DNA of 64,000 nt. Origin: Chiloscyllium plagiosum. Its lineage: Eukaryota. Below the pieces are notes generated by a model that searched no databases, was not told the origin of the DNA, and saw only the letters and a program-made list of their open reading frames with translations. This document shows positions 52,855 through 62,540 of this stretch, in pieces. Numbering within the stretch: position 1 is the first letter of the stretch; each line of letters begins with the position of its first letter. The stretch spans positions 41,263,208 to 41,327,207 of the forward strand of contig NC_057718.1 of assembly GCF_004010195.1 (NCBI RefSeq), given 5' to 3'. The translations under genes and the position numbers were made by a program.

Positions 52855-53567
52855 TAGCACAAATGTTTGTCTTCTATATATTCTCACACACAAAAATCCC
52901 AATAAATCTCTATCCTTTAAGAATTAAAAACCCATGACTTTTGACTACTCAATCCCTGGCACCTGCTTATCATGTGTTCCTTATACAATCTGAGAAACAT
53001 TAGGGGAAATATACTATTAAAGATGCATTATGAAGTTTTCATTCAAGACTCATTTTAATCAAAATCTAACCATGGAATGAGTTACAAGTAGTGTGTGCGT
53101 TTTGGACATTGGGGACACTGATGAGAACAGAAATAGAAACTATTGGAAAAACTCTGCAGGTCTGGCAACATCTGTAGAGAGAAAAACACAATTAACGTTT
53201 CATGTCCAGTGATCCTTTCACTTGACAAAGCTTCACATCAGATTTTATGAAGGCAATTCAATCACAAGTGTTGAAACTGCCTGAGTATCACAGACCTCAA
53301 TTTCTATAATGAAGAACATACCATCTCTCCATTGTCTACACCCTTAATCAGTTCAGTTCAAAGCCAGAAACTTGATTTTGTTCTGGATTGGGTGAGGATT
53401 CCACAATGTACATTATCAGAATCCAGCAGATACATGACAAAGGCTGCTAACACAACATGAGCAATTAAGAGAAAAAAAAAATCACAAACTTGTAAAATAG
53501 AAGTGGCCAAATCTTTGAGGCCTGTAAACATATCTGAGCACATGCATCAAAACAGAACACTGCATAC

Positions 53568-53662
53568 CTGCCACATAATACTGAACAGCTCCATCCGGCA
53601 CAGATTTGTACCTGTCACAAAATGTGTGCAATCCAGGAGTTGAGTTCTGCTTTGCTGCTTTT
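53568..53662 (-). CDS. WDTC1: WDTC1 exon, 95 nt (KAAKQNSTPGLHTFCDRYKSVPDGAVQYYVA)
   Basis: Matches WDTC1 HTFCDR..PDGA.QYYVAG; tag acceptor, gtatgc donor; phase 2 to 1 fits both neighbouring exons. Confidence 0.9.
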
Positions 53663-54447
53663 CTATCAAAAAGCAAAGTAATAAATGGTTACACATAACC
53701 TAGGCCAAAAACTTCAGGCAACAATGAGAACAAATTAGTTAAAAGAAACTGCAGCAATCCTCCATTCAGTTGAGAAAAATTGCTTTAACCTGAATCTTAC
53801 TTTATGCAAATCTACTGATCATGAACTGTGTGATTTGAATACTGTAGTGTGACATGGCCTTATATGCTGATGATAAATAGAAGGGAGCAGATCTGTCCAT
53901 GATACCAGAGTGCAATACCCTCTGACAACCAGAACATAGGAGATGGCAATGACGTCAGACACAAAAGAGAGAGAGAACAAGATGAACTATTTCACGGTTT
54001 CTCTTGCTCGTGACCCTCTACCCTCCATGCTTGAAGCCAACCTAGGATATATTTTCTTTCTCATCAAGTCAGACCTGAAGAACAACCAATCCAAATGTTA
54101 ATGTGGCATTCATTAATTTCACCATCGTCAAACAGTTTTGGGGCTTCAGTGTGGTAGTAGCTGCAGAATTTGTTTTGTAGCTGTGAATGACAGATTCAAC
54201 ACAAGTTTAAGGATTCACATCCCAACCCAGGACTAAGTAGCTTGCCTGTGATAACTGGTTTAAACGTTCTGGGTCAAGAAGAACAGAAAATTGTTAAAGG
54301 TCTTCAGTGAGACAAGCCCTGGGCTCAAAGTATAAAGTCCTAGTAAGATACTGTGCCAACACTCACTTTCTTGGCATATATACAAATAATTACATTAGAG
54401 TGAGGCAAGTGCAGCCAATGTCTCAAGAAGCGAAAGCCAAGAAACAT

Positions 54448-54581
54448 TGGTACACATTGCACATCCTCTCATTTACCTTTCACTGGTATCACAAACAAAC
54501 CCATAAGCACATCCCTGTTCTAATAATAGCCTGTTCGAGAAAACAATTAGCACCTTATAAAGATGACCTATACATAATGGT
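54448..54581. repeat. 134-bp dispersed direct repeat, copy 2
   Basis: See 52721-52854; lies in the adjacent WDTC1 intron. Confidence 0.9.
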
Positions 54582-55044
54582 CATTAGGAAATTAGAAATA
54601 GGGCTGTTACAAATTTAAAGAAAGGAGACAAAGGTAGTCTGCACAACAGGGAATTCAGTTTACATATTTAATGAGCATAATCCAGAATTTTGTCCACCTA
54701 AAAACACATAGGCAGACACGCTGTAGTGGTTCTCTGAATATGGCTCGAGGATCAACTGTCAAAGCAGCAGACACAGTCTTCTGAGCTTTATAATAGAAGT
54801 AATTCACTGTCCAAACCAGACAGGCCAAACTTGTGCTGGCTGTCGAAGTGAGATTTGAGGCACTGCACTTACAATTACTGCAATAATGGGTTCTCCAATA
54901 CTCTGCCTGGTGGGACAAATTTATAAAGTGTAAAATTATGACATTTCTAAATTACAATTGCTGGGTGAAAGAGCACTTTCTGAATGGAATATTCTGGACA
55001 GCTTGCATACATTGCTGTCACTGTACCAGCAGCTTCCACCCTAC

Positions 55045-55227
55045 CTGTGATTATGAATCATACGAATGTCATAAACCCGCACAAAGGGACCACTTGCCCC
55101 GACAGCAAGATAATTATTGTTCTGAGGATTAATGGCTAGGCATTTCGCTTCCACGTGCTGCCCACAATATTCAGTGAGGTCCACCAGTACCTGTGAGCGC
55201 TTACTGCTCTCTCTCAGGTCATACTGC
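55045..55227 (-). CDS. WDTC1: WDTC1 exon, 183 nt (QYDLRESSKRSQVLVDLTEYCGQHVEAKCLAINPQNNNYLAVGASGPFVRVYDIRMIHNH)
   Basis: Own translation of the minus strand matches a WDTC1 WD40 segment; cag acceptor, gtaggg donor; phase 2 to 2. Confidence 0.93.
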
Positions 55228-55276
55228 CTGCAACAGGAAAGGAAAGATGATACATTAACAGAACTGAAGGCAAGTA

Positions 55277-55500
55277 CGCAGAGGATGGTGCATGTGTGGA
55301 ATGAGCTGCCAGAGGAAGTGGTGGAGGCTGGTACAATTGCAACATTTAAAAGGCATCTGAATGTGTGTATGAATAGGAAGGGTTTGGAGGGATATGGGCC
55401 AGATGCTGACAGTTGGGACTAGATTGGGTTGGGATATCTGGTTGGCATGGACGAGTTGGACCGAAGGGTCTGTTTCCATGCTGCGTATCTCTATGACTAT
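55277..55500 (+). mobile_element. CR1 3'-end fragment in a WDTC1 intron
   Basis: QRMVHVWNELPEEVVEAGTIATFKRHL and ctatgactat tail. Confidence 0.88.
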
Positions 55501-56181
55501 GTAAATGGTGGGCCTCTGGGCTTGGGGGAGGAACAGATGACCAGTAATGAAAGTCTGGTACAAAGACAAAACAAATCTAATACACAGTCTTAAAATTCAA
55601 GATGGAGTGATGTGAATATCAAAGACATTGATGACAAGTTGAGGGGTGTGGATGTCTCCCCCACACTATATAGTGTTGCAATGAGTGGCCATTGAGTTAC
55701 TACTAATAAACTGCACCTCCTCCCTCACCTCTATCCAAGGCCGCAAAGGAGCTTTCCACATCCATCAAAGTTTTACCTGCACATCCACTAATATCATTTA
55801 TTGTATCCGTTGCTCCTGATGCGGTCTCCTCTACATTGGGGAGACTGGGCGCCTCCTAGCAGAGCACTTTTGGGAACATCTCTGGGACACCCGCACCAAT
55901 CAACCAAACCACCCCGCGGCCAACATTTCAACTCCCCCTCCCACTCTGCCGGGGACATGGAGGTCCTGGGCCTCCTTCACTGCCGCTCCCTCATCACCAG
56001 ACGCCTGGAGGAAGAACGCCTCATCTTCCGCCTCGGAACACTTCAACCCCAGGGCATCAATGTGGACTTCAACAGTTTCCTCATTTCCCCTTCCCCCACC
56101 TCACCCTTGTTCTAAACCTCCAGCTCAGCACTGTCCCCATGACGTGTCCGGACTTGACCTACCTGCCTATCTCCTTTTCCA

Positions 56182-56378
56182 GGAGAAAGTGAGGGCTGCA
56201 GATGCTGGAGATCAGAGCTGAAAATGTGTTGCTGGAAAAGCGCAGCAGATCAGGCAACATCCAAGGAACAGGAGAATCAACGTTTCAGGCATAAGCCCTT
56301 CTTCAGGAATTTCAGGGTTTCCTGAAGAAGGGCTAATGCCCGAAATGTCAAATCTCCTGTTCCTTGGATGCTGCCTGA
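56182..56378. mobile_element. 197-bp fold-back mini PLE nested in a PLE body
   Basis: 16-bp TSD CCTATCTCCTTTTCCA at 56166-56181 and 56379-56394; two inverted pLTRs around a spacer of about 9 nt. Confidence 0.88.
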
Positions 56379-56535
56379 CCTATCTCCTTTTCCACCTATC
56401 CACTCTACCCTCTCCTCCTTGACCTATCACCTTCATACCCTCCCCCACTCACCCATTGTACTCTATGCTACTTTCTCTCCACCCCCACCCTCCTCTAGCT
56501 TATCTCTCCACGCTCCAGGCTCACTGCCTTTATTC

Positions 56536-56563
56536 CTGATGAAGGGCTTTTGCCCGAAACGTC
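56536..56563 (+). ncRNA. Minimal type I hammerhead ribozyme motif in a PLE pLTR (representative copy)
   Basis: CTGATGA-AGGGC-TTTT-GCCC-GAAA-CGTC; palindromic ACGT in place of stem III, as described for PLE minimal hammerheads. Confidence 0.75.
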
Positions 56564-57265
56564 GATTTCGAAGCTCCTCGGATGCTGCCTGAACTGCTGT
56601 GCTCTTCCAGCACCACTAATCCAGAAATGAGTTCTGTGGATATTCTATATTCTATTCTTTGGATTTCACTCCTTACTTTTGTGAATAAGTTTTTGTCTAT
56701 TTTAAAACCTGGTAGTCAACCTAGCTAACTTACTCTGTGTATTTTTCGCTGCATATTTACCGAAACAAATAGCGAAGTTACGGTCTGGGCTGCCCACTTA
56801 AGAATGTTTTGAGTGATCTGGCCTGGTCCATAACATATGGATCATACAGTTCAAGGTGCTGGTCAAAAGAAATGGTCAAAATGACTTTGATGGGGCCTGG
56901 ATGCACCACTGCAATCTACAAAAGTATGCTGAGCCACTGGCCTCCTGGGCTGCCATCACTGGCCTCACCACAACAATGGCCACTACCTCACTTTGGACTC
57001 ACATTGGGTGACCTCAAGATTTGTTGCACCTGCAAATTGTTAAATAAATGTAGAACATAGGCACAGAATGTGTTCTCTGCTATGAGCACACAAATATTAA
57101 TTAGCATTGTGAAATTATTTTATTCATAACTTTAATACAGGCAGGTAAGCAGAGTAAAAGTAGGACATATTTACATGTTAGTTTTGCGAGTAATACAAAG
57201 ATTGTTGGATTTTAAGTCAATTGTATGGGTTGCTATGCCAGCTGTCTGCCCACATATCACCCTAA

Positions 57266-57458
57266 ATAAAAACCGAAATAACTGCAGGTGCTGTAAATCA
57301 GAGACATAAATAGAAATTGCTGGTAAAGCTCTGGCAGCATCTGTGGAGAGCAATCAGAGTTAAAATTTCAGGTCAAGTGAAGCATTAACTCTGATTTCTC
57401 TCCATAAATGCTGTCAGACCTGCTGAGCTTTTCCAGCAATTTCTATTTTTGTTTTAAG
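57266..57458. mobile_element. Fold-back mini PLE
   Basis: TSD TATCACCCTAA at 57255-57265 and 57459-57469; inverted pLTR halves. Confidence 0.82.
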
Positions 57459-58091
57459 TATCACCCTAATTTTGTTTTGAATAATTTTGATCGATCCAGG
57501 TAGTGCAAATCGGTTAGTGGAAAATACATGTATTAGGAAAAAAATTATTTTCTATAATTTCTGTCTTTTAACACAGTTTCCATTGTTCACCTCTCTAAAT
57601 TGAGAATTCAGAGTTGCCAAGCTGTAAGCTGTCCATGGAATGAAGTTTAAAGAATGCCAAATTGTCAGGTACTCCTCAACTATTTTCTTTTAGTTCCTCT
57701 GTTCTCATTCAGATTTGTTAAAACCTTTCTGACAACTGTTGCTTCTATTGGTTAACTGGTTCAGGAGAGCTATGTTGGGTTTTCCATGAGGTTCCTCCTA
57801 TGTTGCTATTTCTTAGAAGAAGGAAAACAGAGCTCGACATCACACAGCACCAGCACTGCACTTACTGGCATTTTGTAAATGTAGCCAAAATTTTATTTTA
57901 TGATCTTTGCTTCCTGTACACTTGGCCACCTGAATTTTAAAATCTAACCTCATCAGCCTTGTGTTTGAAAGAAGCATACGTTTTTCCCCAAATTTCTGTG
58001 ACTTTTACAAATCCAATAATTGGTTAAAATCATCTCTTATGTTGCACTCGATTGGAAATTGGATGAAAATCTTTGCTTGAGCTTTGAGCTT

Positions 58092-58217
58092 GAACAACAG
58101 GAAGGGTTCTGAGGGACATGGGCCAAATGCTGACAAACAGGACGAGATTCATTTAGAATATCAGGTTGGCATGGACGTGTTGGACTGAAAGGTTGTTTCC
58201 GTCCTGTATGACTCTAA
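58092..58217 (+). mobile_element. CR1 3'-end fragment
   Basis: ggttggcatggacgtgttggactgaa...ctgtatgactcta, like the CR1 tail at about 25100-25160. Confidence 0.7.
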
Positions 58218-61200
58218 AGGAAGATATCAGTTGTTTGTTTTACATATTTACAGACATTGGATTGACTTGTGTTGCCAATTGTGCTCATTGGTCCTGAAAT
58301 GATGCTAAAGCATGGAAGTTCAGAAAGGTTTTAAACTTGATGGTGACTCCTTGAGGTGTTTGAACTGGGGACTGGTGTGGGTAGTCAGTGGCTTGCGAGC
58401 CTGGCCAGACCACGTGTGGAAGCTCCTTGTGCTGATTTACTAAAAGATTGTAATGCTTATTTTTTTTAACTTTATTCTCATTTTTTAACTTATACCATGA
58501 ACACCTATAAGTAATGTCACTTTTCTTCCTTTCTTTTTCCCTTTATTTCTGTATTTCGCATCTAAGACCTAGGTACTTTGCACCTAAGTGATGCCATATG
58601 GGGCGACATTGCAAACTTTTCACTGTACTCCAGTACTTCCGTACTTGAGTGCATGTGACAACAAAGGATATTCTAAAATTCAAAAAAATCACGTCCAATC
58701 AGTAACAGGTCTGGCTTGAACATGCGTCATAGCTCAGTCACCCTTGTACTGCTGTTTCTCTGTCCAATAGTGTATCCTAGTTTGCAAGTTCTATTGTCAC
58801 ATTACCTGTGAAAGGATAGAACGTACCTATGGTGCAACCTGTTCTACATAATATCACTCCAGTGGTCCTGTTTTCCTTCCTCTAAGAAGTGACAACATGC
58901 GAGGACCCTCATGTAAAACCCATTATAACTCTCCTGAAACAGTTAACCAGTTGAACTGACAATTGTCAGAGAGGTTTCTGCAAATCTGAACGAGAACCAA
59001 GGAAACAAAAAGAAAATGATTGAGGAATATCTGACAATTTGTTACTCTGCATTCTATGGGCAGCTTAGTGCTTCGCAACTCTGACTGCTCTATTTAGAGA
59101 GGTGGACAATGGAAGCTATGTTAAAAGGTATTAAATATTGCTGTAAGACATGCATTAACTGGTGTGCACTACCTGGATTGACCAAAATGGTTCTGAAAAA
59201 TTATTAGGATGATATGTGAGCAGGCAACTGGCATAGCAACCCATATAATTGACTTAAAACCCAATAATCAGATGCTGTCAAATGTAAATGCAAAATACGC
59301 ATTTATCCTACTTTTACTGGTTTCCTGCTTCTACAAAAGTTAGAGAAAAAATAATTTCACAGTGCTAATTAATATTTCTGTGTTAATAGCATAGAAAAAA
59401 TATCGTGCTATGTTCTACGTTTATTCAACAATTTCCAGGGAATCCAACCTTAAGGATATGTTATGTTATAAGCTACAGGGTAACATTGTTGATGTTTTTC
59501 ATTTCAGAATTTTCACAATGTAGGGTTTCTTTACTGAATGGTTCCATTTTCAATGTTTCTCCTCACTTGTAACTCTCATTGAATGTTAATTGAGTTGAGA
59601 ATCCAAAACGTAAAAGGCAACGTAATCTTTCCAAGCTTGGTTTTTATAATTATTAGCACATCATTCACAGACTTGCAGATGCAACCGAAAGCATTCTTTT
59701 AATTTAGCATTTGATGACTGAGGAGCTTTAACAAGCATTGGAATTTGGGCGCGGAATGGAATAATTACTAAAATATAATTGCCGCTTGAACAGAGAAACA
59801 CTGTTTAGCTGTTTAATCATTAATCCAGTTGATAAGAAAAATCCCCATTTGACCTGTTTTCATATAGATGGCAGTGGCTCATTTCTCATCGGGTCTCGGG
59901 CTATAAATATTTTGGCATGCTTCAGCAAATTTACAAAGACTGGAAGCTGCTAAAATGCAGTGCCCACAAAATGTCTTTACACCAGCACCTCTGGCAATGT
60001 ACACCGTAGATCACTTAGTGGCAGCAGTGTCTGCTTGGCAAGAGTCCTGTAAAAAATATTTGAAAGGATGTGTGAACTTCCCAAACTCTTGCTCATTGGG
60101 TCACAACCATCAAAGAGGCCAAAGATTGCTGAACCCAAGCAGGAATGGAATCCGTATACGTTTAAATAGAACATGCATTTCATCCATGGGAACACATACT
60201 TTACCTAGTAGCATCATTCTTAAGTGGCAGAAGTTAAATGTTGCTAGTCCCAAAAGAACTATAAATGGGAAGAGGAGCACATAGCTCTGGTGTTCAGATA
60301 TAGAAAATAAATGAAAGGAATTTTGGGAAAAGATAAATGTAAATACTTCTCAAACAAGTTGGAAATTTTATTTTTGTCGTCAATCTTTTTTTTCTCTAAG
60401 ATTTACAGTCAATATTCTTGCCATCCCTTTTAAGTAAAAAACGTATCCCTAAATTTCGTGGGGGTGCTGACAGTGCTATTGCCTGTGTGACTGGAGGTAT
60501 TTTCAAAAGCTCCTAATTTTGAATTCTTTTTCCCTCTGTTTGACTGATATCTGATGCATGATGGAAATCCATCTTAATGAGATGGGGTTTTAAAGTTTGA
60601 TTCTCTCATTTGAAAGTTGTCATGGCTATGGATCACAACCTCAGATCACCTATGGTCATATTGAGCTTTAAGTAGAATATGTGATTTTTTTTTCAAAACA
60701 AAGGAGATGCAGCTAATAACTTGACTCAATAGAAATTCAGAATCTATCTGAAGACAGAGAATGTTGCAACTGACAAAAGTATTGAAGAAGCTTCAAAGGA
60801 CAAAAATGTATGACAAACTGTATTTGCGATCTGTTGGGAGTACCTAAGATGGTGAACATGATAGTTATAAAAGAAGACAGCAGTCTGGGTAAGAGACATT
60901 TTGCATTCCCTTAATTTCAAGGATACAAAGAGACTGAGGTTAAAAACGAGCTTCAAGCTTCATTCGTAGATGTTAGAGGGTTGACATTTTAGTATGTGGG
61001 GTATTGTGCTGGGAGATTCACAGCTCTGATAACAGCTCTGATAATACCTCTGCACAGTAGTTAAAAGTAAGGAAACAATACCCCCTCACACTCTGAGTGC
61101 TGACAGTCACCTACTATCAAAAGGAATCAGGATAAGAGTTCCAATACGCAAACAAAGCCAAAGAATTTCAAAATTAATGATTTGACCACCAAAGTCAACA

Positions 61201-61286
61201 CTACCAGTAACACCCATTGTTAGCAGTAATATTTTTAGCAGTACTGCTATTATTTGCAGTAATAGCCGTAACAGCAGCAATATTGT

Positions 61287-61624
61287 GGGTGGTACAGTGG
61301 CTCAGTGGTTAGCACTGATGTCTCAGAGCACCCGGAACGCATTCAAATTCCACTCTCAGGCAACTGCCTGCGTGGACTTTGCACATTCTCCCTGTGTCTG
61401 CATAGGTTTCCTTTGAATGCTCCGGTTTCCTCCCATAGTCCAACATTTTGCGGGTTTGGTGGATTGGCAATGCTAAATTGCCCATAGTGTCCAGGGATGT
61501 GTAGGCCAGGTGGATTACCCATGGTGAAATGGAGGGTTAGAGGGATGAGGTGGGTCTGGATGGGATGCTCTTTAGAGGACCGATATAGATTCGAATGTTT
61601 CCACACTGTAGAGGTTCTATGATT
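61287..61624 (+). mobile_element. HE1-type V-SINE
   Basis: GGGTGGTACAGTGGCTCAGTGGTTAGCAC head, V core, ttctatgatt tail. Confidence 0.88.
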
Positions 61625-61627
61625 TTA

Positions 61628-62540
61628 GCAAGTTTTGAGAAGATTTGAGCTCACGTTGAGGTCTTAGATGTAGGTTTGCTCGCTGAGCTGGAAGGTTCAT
61701 TTCCAGATGTTTTGTTATCCTACTAGGTAACATCTTCAGTGGGCCTCAGGCAAAGCAATGCTGAAAATTCCTGCTTTCTATTTATATGTTTGGGTTTCTT
61801 TGGGTTGGTGATGTCATTTCCTGTGGTGGTGTTATTTCCTGTGGTGAAGTCACTTCCTGTTCCTTTTCTCAGGGGTGATAGATGGGGTCTAATTCGATGT
61901 GTTTGTTGATAGAGTTCTGGTTGGAATGGCATGCTGCTAGGGATTCTCCTGCATGATTTTGTTTGGCTTGTCGTAGGATGGATGTGTTCTCCCAGTCGAA
62001 GTGATGCCCTTCTTCATCCGTATGTAAGGATACTAGTGAGAGTGGGTCATATCTTTTTGTGGCTAGTCGGTGTTCATGTATCCTGGTGGCTAGTTTTCTG
62101 ACTGTTTGTCCAATGTAGTGTTTGCTACAGTCCTTGCACCATATTTTGTAAATGACATTAGTTTTGCTCATTGTCTGTATCGGGTCTTCCAAGTTCATTA
62201 TCTGCTATTTTAGTGTGTTGGTGGTGAGTTTGTGGGCTACCATGATGCCAAGGGGTCTGAGTAGTCTGGCAATCATTTCCGAGATATCTTTGATGGAGGG
62301 GAGAGTGGCTAGGGTTTCTGGAAGTGTTTGTCTGCTTGTTTGGGTTTGTTGCTGAGAAATCGGCGGACTGTGTTCACTGGGTACCCATTCTTTTTGAATA
62401 CACGGTATAGGTGATTTTCCTCTGCTCTGTGTAGTTTCTCTATGCTGCAGTGTGTGTTGGTTTGTTGAAATAATGTTCTGATGCAGCTTTGTTTGCGGAT
62501 GTTGGGATGATTTCTTCTGTAGTTCAGTATTTGGTCCCTA
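61628..62540 (-). mobile_element. Penelope-like element (Poseidon-type) 3' portion
   Basis: KTNVIYKIWCKDCSKHYIGQTVRKLATRIHEH (GIY-YIG) with no Cys linker upstream; decayed hammerhead core CTGAAGA-TGTTACC...GGATAACA-AAAC at about 61708-61739. Confidence 0.88.

Larger units (their letters stand above)
52177..55227 (-). pseudogene. WDTC1: Orphan three-exon WDTC1 fragment, probably a non-functional duplicate here (or a misplaced part of the real gene)
   Basis: No start or stop exon and no flanking WDTC1 exons found elsewhere in the window; enclosed by PLE ends, a TSD and a split LTR. Confidence 0.55.
51300..56627. mobile_element. Composite PLE-bounded insertion carrying a WDTC1 genomic fragment
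   Basis: 14-bp TSD at 51286-51299 and 56628-56641; inverted pLTR ends 51337-51475 and 56488-56626; directly repeated GIY-YIG/3'UTR bodies at 51475-51988 and about 55714-56468. Confidence 0.8.
50855..56835. mobile_element. Solo LTR (Gypsy/ERV-type) split into 50855-51299 and 56628-56835 by a 5.3-kb insertion
   Basis: Begins TGTCAC and ends TAACA; 4-bp TSD TATG at 50851-50854 and 56836-56839; the two halves join through the duplicated TGAGTTCTGTGGAT. Confidence 0.8.
57012..59455. mobile_element. Old element with long (about 0.5-kb) diverged terminal inverted repeats; DNA-transposon-like relic
   Basis: About 57030-57790 (minus a nested insert) is the diverged reverse complement of about 58907-59440, e.g. 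tatgggttgctatgccag / ctggcatagcaacccata and aatattaattagca / tgctaattaatatt. Confidence 0.7.

Noticed and set aside
59955-60050. Minus-strand FCGHC resembling WDTC1 YCGHCN
   Set aside because: Flanking residues do not match, there is an in-frame stop upstream, and it lies on the wrong side of the identified exons.
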